Positions 1 through 8,593 of a DNA stretch of 64,000 nt are shown here, piece after piece. Position 1 is the first letter of the stretch, and each line of letters opens with the position of its first letter. Source of the DNA: Candidatus Norongarragalinales archaeon (lineage in GTDB: Archaea; Micrarchaeota; Micrarchaeia; Norongarragalinales; SBBD01); contig DATDZF010000009.1 in NCBI GenBank assembly GCA_035288785.1, positions 330 to 64,329 on the forward strand, given 5' to 3'. A program made the position numbers and the translations under genes. Under the pieces are notes generated by a model. The model was not told the DNA's origin. It searched no databases and saw only the letters and a list, made by a program, of their open reading frames with translations.

Positions 1-679
1 TTGCATCAATTTCCCTCTTGAAGAAGCGGTAGCGCAATACTTTCATGTCATCTTCCGTCTTGGTCCGCTGCTCATATAGCGCATTGAGTGCATCACGCTT
101 TTTCGTTGCCAGCTTGTATATGAAATAGGCAACGTAGCTTGCAATCAGGATGACCGCAAAGCTTATTGCAAGATCCCTAAGCCAATCCGGTATGGACGAG
201 AACTTCTTTTGCACAGTAAATCTTGGGGGCTCGCCCTCAATCAAGGAAAGCTGCAGCTTGGCATATGAATCCCCCTTGCCGGAAACCGCGTAAATAACAT
301 ATTCCCCGGCCACATTCGGGAAGAATTCGCATTTGATTTGGACGAAAGTTTCGCCAGTTGACTCGTTCATATAGCTTTCGTCGGGTTTGCATGCGCAAAG
401 CTGCCTTGGGGTTGGCGATTCGCACTTCACACTGGAAATTGAGCTTACATTTAAGGGAATCAGCGCAACCAGCCTGTTTTCAGGGACCACCACTCCTGAT
501 TCGCTTAGGTTGAATAGCGGAAGGGGGAATTCTGGAAGCCCGAATTCCGCAAGGGAAGTATTCTCGAATAGGATGTCATTCAGGTCCTCCGGCTCCAGGG
601 TTGCCATTTCCTGCGAATGCGCAAGATTTAACAGGGCAAGCATGGGAAGCACGCAAGAAATGATGCGCAAATCTACCAT
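1..679 (-). CDS. Partial CDS running off the window start; predicted secreted or membrane-anchored protein (N-terminal signal peptide MVDLRIISCVLPMLALLNLAHS, hydrophobic anchor near window edge)
   Basis: Manual translation of minus strand from ATG at 679; open to base 1; not in ORF track because truncated. Cys-rich ectodomain, C-terminal TM-like segment. Confidence 0.4.
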   Translation of the reverse strand, partial: MVDLRIISCVLPMLALLNLAHSQEMATLEPEDLNDILFENTSLAEFGLPEFPLPLFNLSESGVVVPENRLVALIPLNVSSISSVKCESPTPRQLCACKPDESYMNESTGETFVQIKCEFFPNVAGEYVIYAVSGKGDSYAKLQLSLIEGEPPRFTVQKKFSSIPDWLRDLAISFAVILIASYVAYFIYKLATKKRDALNALYEQRTKTEDDMKVLRYRFFKREIDA

Positions 680-778
680 GTACTCACATTAGAAAAAGGG
701 GAAATTGTTAAAAAAACCTGCCTGTTTGGAAAAAAGCAATAATTCAGGGGTGTAGCAAACGGCATTTCCAGGCAAGCC

Positions 779-1123
779 TTATTTTTTCCGTTTTTCCAGC
801 ACAACCGCGCTTCCATATGCAAAAATATCCATGATTGCAGGCGAGATCTGGGTGGAGCCCATCTGCACGCCTAAAATCGCATTGGCGCCAAGGCTGCGCG
901 CCTGCTCCACAAGGCCATCCACAATGTCCTTCCTGGCCTCGCTAAGCAAATGCCGGTAATGGTGCGAATCCCCTCCGGAAAGGCTCCGTGTCAGGGCTGC
1001 AAAATCTTGAATCACGTTCTTGCTCCTTGCGGTGCTTGTCCAAACAAGACCCTTGTGCTCCTTCACCGCATACCCATCTATTGCCTGCAGCGTCGAAACA
1101 AGCACTTTTTCCATTGGGCTCAC
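779..1123 (-). CDS. YbjQ/UPF0145 family (DUF74) putative heavy-metal-binding protein
   Basis: 114 aa; pentameric YbjQ-like sequence pattern (GANAILGVQMGST...AYGSAVVL); start overlaps stop of cca by ATGA, suggesting translational coupling. Confidence 0.6.
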   Translation of the reverse strand: MSPMEKVLVSTLQAIDGYAVKEHKGLVWTSTARSKNVIQDFAALTRSLSGGDSHHYRHLLSEARKDIVDGLVEQARSLGANAILGVQMGSTQISPAIMDIFAYGSAVVLEKRKK

Positions 1124-2517
1124 CTTATGTTTTCCTTCGAGAATATGAAATCTGCCAGAGAATCCCGTAGTTCAGTATTTTTCCGCAGTTCATATAATAA
1201 GCTATCCTTTTCGAGCAGCGTCATTGCCTTGAAGGCGGGAATGAAATGGGATGCGATTCCGGAACTCGTTGGTGACTTGCGTACCCGGGCAAGGACGGAT
1301 AGCGCATATCCATCCTTCCGGCCCTCCTCTATCACGACCCGGTCTTCCTCCAGGAAGGGGCCCCTCTTCGCGTGTTTGTGCGCACTAAGGAAACCCGCCA
1401 CATCGGACGCAAAATAAACCGGCGGCCCGCGGATCTTTTGGATGGGATAATTCGTAAGGTGCTCCAACTCCAGGAGGATGAAGCAGTGCCCAGTTCCGCT
1501 AAACGAAAGCGAATTGAGGGTCTTGTATTCCGCAAGGTGAAGCTGCTTTACAACCGATGCCTCGCAGCGCCTAAGCTGCGGCACCAGGATGTCACTTACG
1601 AGGTTTTTGGGCCTTGCGAGCCGGATCAGGAGGATGTTGCGTTCCTTGAGGCAATCCTCGAGTGCCTTTGGGGAATATTCCCGTTTTTCGCGGATGAAAA
1701 AGGCATCAGAGGGGGAATTGAGGAACGAGCGCGATAGGGCAATGAAGAGTGCAAAACTGCGCAGCGTTATGGCAGCGGCGGCATTCCGGTTGCGGTCAAT
1801 GAAATCCATTATTATCAGGGGGGTTGTGAAGCGTTTTTTCAGCTGGCCAAACTCCTGGTCGTAATAATCCTCAATGTCGAGGATTACGGGCGGCTTCCAC
1901 TTGGATGCCTCCTGCAGCAGGTTCCTAAGCGAGCGGTAATTGAGGACCAGGTACTCGCACACAAGCCCGGAAAAGCCCCCTACTTCCAGTTCCGCCCCGT
2001 AGATGCCATGCGCCTTGAGGAGCGCTTTTAGCACCCGCACATCCCGCTTCTGCTTTTCAGTTAGGTGCTTTTGAAGATATTGGGCATGGAGGGGGGTGCG
2101 GTCCACGGCGGATATGATACCCTCGTTGACCTCAATTTTGAAGCATGGCACGATCTCGAGCTTGTATCCGGCTAGGCGGCCTTGAAGATAGGGGTGTTCG
2201 GCATAATGCATCTCCCAGCTTGCCGGCAAAACCCGCTTTACGGTTGAAACCGTCTCCCTCACAATCGCATCCTTGCTCTTTTCCTTTGGGAATGCAACAA
2301 AGATGTCAATGTCCCTATCCCCCCGGATCCCGGTGTCACGCGCAGTTGAACCCACGAAAAACAAGGTTGCCCTCGACCCAAATGCCCGTTGCAGCTTTGC
2401 TTTTATGCCTTCCGCGAACGCCTTCTCCTTTTCCGCCTCCTCCTTTGTTGGGGAAATCCTTTTTGCCACTGAGGAGAATATGTTCTCGTAAATAGGGTCG
2501 GGTTTGCGGCTAGCCAT
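1120..2517 (-). CDS. cca: Archaeal class I CCA-adding tRNA nucleotidyltransferase
   Basis: 465 aa; N-terminal pol-beta nucleotidyltransferase motif (GSTARDTGIRGDRDIDIFV), archaeal CCA architecture. Confidence 0.8.
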   Translation of the reverse strand: MASRKPDPIYENIFSSVAKRISPTKEEAEKEKAFAEGIKAKLQRAFGSRATLFFVGSTARDTGIRGDRDIDIFVAFPKEKSKDAIVRETVSTVKRVLPASWEMHYAEHPYLQGRLAGYKLEIVPCFKIEVNEGIISAVDRTPLHAQYLQKHLTEKQKRDVRVLKALLKAHGIYGAELEVGGFSGLVCEYLVLNYRSLRNLLQEASKWKPPVILDIEDYYDQEFGQLKKRFTTPLIIMDFIDRNRNAAAAITLRSFALFIALSRSFLNSPSDAFFIREKREYSPKALEDCLKERNILLIRLARPKNLVSDILVPQLRRCEASVVKQLHLAEYKTLNSLSFSGTGHCFILLELEHLTNYPIQKIRGPPVYFASDVAGFLSAHKHAKRGPFLEEDRVVIEEGRKDGYALSVLARVRKSPTSSGIASHFIPAFKAMTLLEKDSLLYELRKNTELRDSLADFIFSKENIR

Positions 2518-2557
2518 ATGCTAATAAATAATCCGGGGCGGTTTAAAAAATAGGCAT

Positions 2558-4711
2558 TTACGACGTTTGCTCGGGACCTGGCGCTTTCGCATCTTTCTTC
2601 TTCCATTCCCCCTTCTTGAAATCCTTCTTCCCCCAGCTTGCCTTGCTCTCGCATTTCGGGTTAAGGCACATCTCAAATGGGCGCTTGCCTTTCCTAATTA
2701 CCTTGATTTCAGGTATCCCGCATACTTTGCAAAGCGTGTTCTTTGGCTCAATGAGCGCATTCCGTGGCAACGGGAATATGTTCCTGCAATTCGGGTAGCT
2801 GCTGCAACCAACAAAGAAGCCGTACCGGCTCTTCCTTATCTGGAGGTCGCCTACCTTGCACAAATTGCACTTCCCGAGTACAGATGCATTCTTTTGCGCA
2901 ATGTCATGGCCTTTCAAAAGGCCCTTCCCGACCTTTTCCTCGTTCAGCTTGAATTCCTCGAGTATCTTCAGGAGCACTTTCCGGCCCTCCTCCACAACCT
3001 CGCTTCCCTTGCGCTGCCCCTTCTCGATCTTTTCAACGCTTTCCTCGAATTCGCGCGTGAGCGTCTCGTTTATGATTTCGGGAACGTTTTCCGATAGCGC
3101 CTCATAGATTGCCATCCCAAAGGAGGTGACCTTAATGCTTTTCTTATCCGTCAAATAGCTCCGGTTGTAGAGCGTATCCACGACAACCGAGCGAGTGGCC
3201 TTAGTCCCCAGGTTTTGCCGCTCTAGCTCGCGTATGATGCTTGCGGGGGTGTAGCGCCTTGGGGGCTGGGTTTCCTTTTCCAGTTTTTCCACCCTCTCAA
3301 TTGCCACCCTTTCGCCCTGCTTGAAATCAGGGAGGATGATTTCCTCCAGGTGCAGGTAAGGTTTGTAGAATGCGAACCAGCCCTCCTCGATTGTGCGCGT
3401 GCCATCGGCAACGAAATTGTGGGATGATATTTTGAGCGTAACTTTCATGCTCTCGCGCTTTGCCTCGGGGGCGAATGTGGACAGGAACCGCCTTACGATC
3501 AAATCATACAATTTGCCCTCCTCGGGGGAGAGCTTTTGTGCAATTTGGCCTGTTGGGTAGATGGAAACGTGCGCGCTATCCGTCTTTTCGCCCTCGTGGG
3601 GAACAAGGCGGTTTTGGGAAATGAGGAGCGATGCGAACTTGGAATAGGCGGCATTTTTCCCTACCTGCTCGATGATTTTGCGAAGGCCCAGCTTTTCGGG
3701 CAATTTCTGCGAAGAGGTGCGGGGATAGCTTATGTATGCGCCCTCGTACAGCGACTGGGCGATCTGCAATGTCCTTGTAGGCGACATCCCAAAATTCCTA
3801 TAGGCCTCCACCTGCATCGTCGTCAAATCGAAGGGGACGGGCTGCAATTGCCTGAATTTGCGGCTCTCGACCCTTTCAACAACGCCGGATTTTTCGGCGC
3901 TGCACTCCGAGTAGACGGCATCCGCCTCCCTGGCATCGAAGAATCTGCCCTTTTCGTGCAGGAAATCGGTCTTCCTTGCATGTGCATGTATCTCGAAGTA
4001 TTTTTCGGGCTTGAATTTGGCGATTTCCTTTTCCTTATGGGCAAGGATGGCAAGTGCGGGCCCTTGCACCCGACCAATGGAGAGCACCTTGAACCTGCCT
4101 GCGCTTCGAAGGGCGTGCATTAGCGCCCGGCTGCAGTTGATACCCCAATAGAAATCCATAATGTGGCGGGCCTCCCCTGCTTCGATTGCCGACACATCAA
4201 GCATTCCGGCACTCGCGTATGCCTCGCGCAAATCCTCCTCCGTAAGAGTGGAAAAGAGCATCCTTTTTGCGCTCTTGCCTTTGCCCATATGGTTTATGAT
4301 GTTCCCTGCAATAAGCGATCCTTCAATGTCATAATCTGTGGCGGATACGAGCTCGGTTGCCTCCTTTCCCAGCTTCTGCAGCACCTGGAGGTATTTCCTA
4401 GTGAAATCGGATGAATCACTAACTTCGCTCGAGGCCTTCCATTCAATGTCGAAAACGGGGTAGCCCGAGCCCTTCTCCTTCTGTGCAAGAGTGTAGACAT
4501 GGCCAACTGCGGGCGCCACATACACCTTCATCCCGTCCTTTTCGAATTCGTAGTAATTGACGCCATGCAGATTGCTGGTTTTGTAATTGGGACTAAGGGC
4601 GGCGGCTATTTTCTGCGCGGTTTTTGGCTTTTCCGAAATTATCAGCTGGACCGTTTGCTTGGTTGCCGGCTTGGTTGAGGGCTTTGATGCCGATTTGGCT
4701 GCTTTTACCAT
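2558..4711 (-). CDS. topA: DNA topoisomerase IA (Topo I/III-like) with Lys/Pro/Ser-rich N-terminal tail and C-terminal zinc ribbons
   Basis: 717 aa; Toprim region (DYDIEGS), active-site Tyr context GAYISYPRTSS, C-terminal CxxC pairs (CNLCKV...CSSYPNC...CKVCG...CLNPKC). Confidence 0.85.
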   Translation of the reverse strand: MVKAAKSASKPSTKPATKQTVQLIISEKPKTAQKIAAALSPNYKTSNLHGVNYYEFEKDGMKVYVAPAVGHVYTLAQKEKGSGYPVFDIEWKASSEVSDSSDFTRKYLQVLQKLGKEATELVSATDYDIEGSLIAGNIINHMGKGKSAKRMLFSTLTEEDLREAYASAGMLDVSAIEAGEARHIMDFYWGINCSRALMHALRSAGRFKVLSIGRVQGPALAILAHKEKEIAKFKPEKYFEIHAHARKTDFLHEKGRFFDAREADAVYSECSAEKSGVVERVESRKFRQLQPVPFDLTTMQVEAYRNFGMSPTRTLQIAQSLYEGAYISYPRTSSQKLPEKLGLRKIIEQVGKNAAYSKFASLLISQNRLVPHEGEKTDSAHVSIYPTGQIAQKLSPEEGKLYDLIVRRFLSTFAPEAKRESMKVTLKISSHNFVADGTRTIEEGWFAFYKPYLHLEEIILPDFKQGERVAIERVEKLEKETQPPRRYTPASIIRELERQNLGTKATRSVVVDTLYNRSYLTDKKSIKVTSFGMAIYEALSENVPEIINETLTREFEESVEKIEKGQRKGSEVVEEGRKVLLKILEEFKLNEEKVGKGLLKGHDIAQKNASVLGKCNLCKVGDLQIRKSRYGFFVGCSSYPNCRNIFPLPRNALIEPKNTLCKVCGIPEIKVIRKGKRPFEMCLNPKCESKASWGKKDFKKGEWKKKDAKAPGPEQTS

Positions 4712-4850
4712 AGAAGGTTATATTGAAGCGGCTAACCCATTAATATAAACGATGGTTGATTTTGCGCAAAAAAAAGAAAAGTGCGGATTTTGGAGGCTTT
4801 ACTCGTAAAGCGGGAGAGATTATGACGCCCGATCCATGATGCATCAGGCA

Positions 4851-5582
4851 CTACTTCAAAACCGTGTATTTGCTCAGGTAGATCTGCACCTTGAGCACCT
4901 CCAGGAAGGGCAGGATGAGGATCGCATTCACCAGCACCGCAAGGTAGCGGGCATAGGGAATGCTTGCCGATAGCTCGATGAAAATTGCCGTATTCAGGAG
5001 AATGAGGAAGACGGCAATTGCAAGGAAGGCCAGGAAGAACGCGAATCGGCGGAATATGACGGATATGCTCATGTAGACGGAATTCGTGATGCTAAGGTCG
5101 TCTATTACCAGCGCCTGGGGCACGAACAGGATGATGATCGATAGCAGCGAGGACATGAAAAGGCCAATTGAGGAGGTGAGCTGGTAATCGTAAAGGAAGA
5201 GGTTAAGCAGGAGGGTTATCACGAACACAAAAAGGAACACCGTGAACATCCGGATGGTATTGGCCTCTATCTTCTCGTGCTCGTAGTGGGTCAGCCGCTT
5301 GAGGGTGCGCTGGGACTTGATCACCAGGTTGATTGCCACAAGGGTGTAGGAAAAAATGGCAAGGGACAGGAGGAACACTGCAAGGGTTATCAGCGCGTCC
5401 AGCGAGGTGATGTCGGTTTGGATGCTGCCGTACCTGAGGAATATGCCCGAAAGCGAAATGAAATTCTCGAACTTGGTTGAGAGCAGGAAAACCAGAGCGA
5501 ATGGAAAGGAGAAAAATGAGATGAGCTTGAAGTTCTTGTTATATGCCTCAAAAGTATGCGAAAGCACTTCAGAAAAGGACAT
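4851..5582 (-). CDS. Polytopic membrane protein of unknown function
   Basis: 243 aa, at least 6 hydrophobic helices, no recognisable catalytic motif. Confidence 0.5.
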   Translation of the reverse strand: MSFSEVLSHTFEAYNKNFKLISFFSFPFALVFLLSTKFENFISLSGIFLRYGSIQTDITSLDALITLAVFLLSLAIFSYTLVAINLVIKSQRTLKRLTHYEHEKIEANTIRMFTVFLFVFVITLLLNLFLYDYQLTSSIGLFMSSLLSIIILFVPQALVIDDLSITNSVYMSISVIFRRFAFFLAFLAIAVFLILLNTAIFIELSASIPYARYLAVLVNAILILPFLEVLKVQIYLSKYTVLK

Positions 5583-5640
5583 GTCGCTCCCCCGAATATC
5601 AACATGCTTGCAAGATTAAAAACATATTGCTTGTACGAAT

Positions 5641-6204
5641 ATGGAAAGCATGAGAATAGTACTCACGGGGACGCCCGGCACTGGCAAAACGAGCATCGCG
5701 GCGAGCCTTGGGAAGATGCTCCCGTGCGAAGTTGTCGGAGTCAACGAATTGGTAAAAAGGGAAAGGCTCTATTCCCATAAGGAGAATGGGGAATATGTGG
5801 CGGATTTGGCAAAACTGCGCCGGGCGCTTTCAATCATCCTCAAAAATAACAGAAACATCATCCTGGAGGGCCACTTGCTTTGCGACCTTGCGCTGCCGGC
5901 AGATATCGTAATAGTCCTGCGCTGCCATCCAAGGGAGCTGAAAAAACGGCTAAGGCGGCGCAACTACCCCAAATCCAAGATGGAGGGGAACCTGCTTTCC
6001 GAATTACTCGACTATAGCCTGATCAATGCAATTGAGCATTACGGGAAAAGGAAAGTAATGCAGCTTGACACTACCGCAAAAACTTCCGCAAAAAGCATCC
6101 TTGCAAAAATCCACCGCTTCCAAAAAAAGGGGAAGATGCACGAAATAAGGTGGCTGAAAAGGATTAATTACGACCTCGAGGGTCTAGGCATCACGCCCAC
6201 CTGA
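5641..6204 (+). CDS. Fap7/adenylate kinase isoenzyme 6-like nucleotide kinase (COG1936)
   Basis: 187 aa; P-loop GTPGTGKTS at N-terminus, size and layout of archaeal Fap7. Confidence 0.65.
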   Translation: MESMRIVLTGTPGTGKTSIAASLGKMLPCEVVGVNELVKRERLYSHKENGEYVADLAKLRRALSIILKNNRNIILEGHLLCDLALPADIVIVLRCHPRELKKRLRRRNYPKSKMEGNLLSELLDYSLINAIEHYGKRKVMQLDTTAKTSAKSILAKIHRFQKKGKMHEIRWLKRINYDLEGLGITPT

Positions 6205-6236
6205 GCCAAACCTTCCCGCGGACCGCTACAACAACG

Positions 6237-6244
6237 TTTATAAA
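6237..6244 (+). promoter_or_regulatory. TATA-box-like element (TTTATAAA) upstream of the acidic-peptide ORF
   Basis: AT-rich octamer about 55 nt upstream of ATG 6293, with a GGTGGA Shine-Dalgarno-like element at 6281..6286. Confidence 0.35.
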
Positions 6245-6292
6245 CTCCATCCCGCAAATTGTTGCACTTTGCATTCATGAGGTGGATAACCT

Positions 6293-6409
6293 ATGCCCAA
6301 AGGGAAACGCAAGCCCGAAGACGACTTCTACGACGACGAGGAAGATTGGGAGGACGAGGAAGACTGGGACGAGCTTGACGACGAGGATGACGAGGGGGAG
6401 GACGAATAA
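6293..6409 (+). CDS. Small, extremely acidic peptide (38 aa, MPKGKRKPEDDFYDDEEDWEDEEDWDELDDEDDEGEDE)
   Basis: ATG preceded by GGTGGA RBS 7 nt upstream; internal tandem repeat EEDWEDE/EEDWDE; followed by two T5 runs; below the ORF-track cutoff. The listed antisense ORF 6328..6600 is a poly-Ser artefact of the GA-rich codons. Confidence 0.45.
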   Translation: MPKGKRKPEDDFYDDEEDWEDEEDWDELDDEDDEGEDE

Positions 6410-6457
6410 TTTTTTCCTTTTTCACCTATTTTTAAATTCGGGAGGCTAATCCTAAAC

Positions 6458-6979
6458 ATGCGCAGCAAGCAGATAACGGCAGGGATCCGCGCAAGCCTGA
6501 AAAAGCCCCTGGGGGATTTGCTGGATAAGAAAACGCTAATTGGAAGGGTCAGGGAACCGCTAAGCCGCATAATCTCCGTAGGGGATATCACAACCCTCAT
6601 GCTTTTGGGGGAGGGGATTCGGCCCGATGTGGCGATAATCGACTATTTTTGCAAGAGGAAGCCGATAACCGGGGCCCAAAGAAGGAAGCTGGATGCGTTC
6701 AGAGCGCATAAACTTAAAGCAATGAACCCGGCTGGGATGCTGACAGGGGGCATGATGGAAGCATGCAAAAGCGCATTCTCCCCTGAAGCAAAATACCCCC
6801 TTAAAATCATCGTGGACGGCGAGGAGGACCTCGCGGTGCTGCCTGCAATCATCTTTTCGCCCAATAATTCGCTTATCATTTACGGGCAGCCGGATAAGGG
6901 GCCAGTGCTGGTTAAGGCGGATGGAAGGCAAAAGCGCCGGGCCAGAAAATTCTACAAGGAATCAGTAGTGGTAAAATGA
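6458..6979 (+). CDS. DUF359 family protein, probable archaeal GTP-dependent dephospho-CoA kinase
   Basis: 173 aa; VGDITT and PDVAIIDYFCKR motifs resembling the DUF359/COG1019 family. Confidence 0.5.
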   Translation: MRSKQITAGIRASLKKPLGDLLDKKTLIGRVREPLSRIISVGDITTLMLLGEGIRPDVAIIDYFCKRKPITGAQRRKLDAFRAHKLKAMNPAGMLTGGMMEACKSAFSPEAKYPLKIIVDGEEDLAVLPAIIFSPNNSLIIYGQPDKGPVLVKADGRQKRRARKFYKESVVVK

Positions 6980-8241
6980 ACCTCCAGTTTTTAGGCGCGG
7001 CACGCGAGGTTGGCAGGAGCTGCCTTGCTATCGAAGAGGATGGGCTCAATATGCTCTTTGACTGCGGCGTTGCTGCAAACCAGCAAAGCCCGCTGCCTCC
7101 CCTGCAGAACGCGAAAAACCCCCAGGCGATTGCAGTTTCGCATGCGCATCTGGACCATTCCGGCTTCCTTCCCGCGGTTTTCAAGCATTCCAACCCGCCA
7201 GTGCTATGCACATTCCCAACCGTACCTCTGATCAACATGCTTCTGGAGGATATGCAAAAGCTCCTTGATGAGAAGGGGCTTGCGCAGTTCTTCTCGGGCA
7301 CGGACCTTATGCGGCTCAACCGCTCAGTGCTCGCAATGCCCTACGAAATGGAATACGAATTCTTCAATGGCGCAAAATTGCAGTTCTTCGATGCGGGCCA
7401 TATCTCCGGGAGCGCCCAGGTATTCCTTGAGGGGAAGGGGACAAACCTCCTCTATTCGGGGGACATCAATTCCATAAGAACTGAGATGCATAATCCGGCA
7501 AAAATCCCGGATGAGGATATAGGCGTGCTTGTGATGGAGAGCACGTATGGGGGAAGGGAGCATGGCGATAGGAAAAAGCTCGTCAGGGAATTCTGCAAGA
7601 AGATACGGATTGCGGTCGAGCAAAAGCATTCCGTTGTGATACCCTCTTTTGCCGTTGGAAGGACGCAGGAGATATTGCAATTGCTGTATGAGAACGGCCT
7701 GATCCATTACACGGTCATGGACGGGATGGGCATCCGGACAACCGAAACCTACCTCGAATTCCCATCATATTTGCGGAATGCCGGGAGCTTGAGGGAAGCA
7801 TTCGAGGAAGCCGACAAATCCTATGATTCAGAGGATCGCAAGAAATTCGCAAAGGCGGGGAAGATCATTGTTGCAACTGCGGGGATGCTCGAGGGCGGGC
7901 CTGCCCTGGGCTACATTTCACGGCTTCAAAATGCAGGCATCCCTACGCACGTGTTCCTTACCGGCTTCCAGGCGGCGGGGACCAACGGGAGGATGCTGAA
8001 GGAAAAGAAGATGATACGGATCAATGGCAAAATTGTTGAATTCCGGGGGGAGGTGCATTTCTTCGATTTCTCGGCACACTCCGGAAGGAAGGAGCTTTTG
8101 CAATATGCGAAAAAAATCAACCCCAAGAAGATCTTCCTCGTCCACGGCGATTTGGATGAGATGAGCGCGTTCCACGGCACCTTGCTGGAGGAGGGCTTTG
8201 ATTGCAAGATGCCGGAGATGAATGAGAAGTTTGAGGTTTGA
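6976..8241 (+). CDS. Metallo-beta-lactamase/beta-CASP family ribonuclease (aCPSF2-like)
   Basis: 421 aa; MBL motif VSHAHLDHSG, beta-CASP layout; start overlaps the upstream stop (ATGA). Confidence 0.7.
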   Translation: MNLQFLGAAREVGRSCLAIEEDGLNMLFDCGVAANQQSPLPPLQNAKNPQAIAVSHAHLDHSGFLPAVFKHSNPPVLCTFPTVPLINMLLEDMQKLLDEKGLAQFFSGTDLMRLNRSVLAMPYEMEYEFFNGAKLQFFDAGHISGSAQVFLEGKGTNLLYSGDINSIRTEMHNPAKIPDEDIGVLVMESTYGGREHGDRKKLVREFCKKIRIAVEQKHSVVIPSFAVGRTQEILQLLYENGLIHYTVMDGMGIRTTETYLEFPSYLRNAGSLREAFEEADKSYDSEDRKKFAKAGKIIVATAGMLEGGPALGYISRLQNAGIPTHVFLTGFQAAGTNGRMLKEKKMIRINGKIVEFRGEVHFFDFSAHSGRKELLQYAKKINPKKIFLVHGDLDEMSAFHGTLLEEGFDCKMPEMNEKFEV

Positions 8242-8343
8242 TTGGGGAAGATTGGCAATCGTGGAATGTGCCAATAGATTCTCCAATGCCCAACCCGACC
8301 TTTAAGTTTAACTCCTTATTTCGCCCAAGCTTTATTCGTAAGG

Positions 8344-8351
8344 TATATATA
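8344..8351 (+). promoter_or_regulatory. TATA box (TATATATA) of the 5S rRNA gene
   Basis: Located about 24 nt upstream of the first G of the predicted 5S rRNA. Confidence 0.5.
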
Positions 8352-8370
8352 CCCGAATCTGCACAAAAAT

Positions 8371-8492
8371 GGGGTCAGCGGTCATAGGGGAGGTGGCACA
8401 CCCGATCCCTTTTCGAACTCGGAAGTTAAGACCTCCTGCGATTCGGCGTGTACTTCTCTGGCGAGAGGGAAAACCGGATACCGCTGCTCTCT
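8371..8492 (+). rRNA. rrf: 5S ribosomal RNA
   Basis: Contains the universal 5S segments TCATAG...GCACACCCGATCCCTTTTCGAACTCGGAAGTTAAG; helix I pairs CAGCGG (5') with CCGCTG (3'); ends in a T-run. Exact ends are within about 5 nt. Confidence 0.8.
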
Positions 8493-8593
8493 TTACAACC
8501 CCTAATTTAATCTTTGGCACGTGCATCTTAACTGAAGGATTTCCTAGGTTTGCAGTAAAAACCATTATTAAAATAACGAGCGCATATCTTCCC

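Noticed and set aside
2403-2654. 83-aa ORF with RRRRKRRRRSRK tail
   Set aside because: Antisense to the 5' end of the CCA-enzyme gene; arginine run results from complementary Ser/Phe codons.
6328-6600. 90-aa minus-strand ORF ending in poly-Ser
   Set aside because: Antisense artefact of the GA-rich acidic-peptide codons (GAC/GAG read as TCG/TCC on the other strand).
8369-8593. N-terminal 75 codons of the 467-aa track ORF
   Set aside because: Overlaps the 5S rRNA gene on the same strand; ACAD homology begins only after Met 8594.
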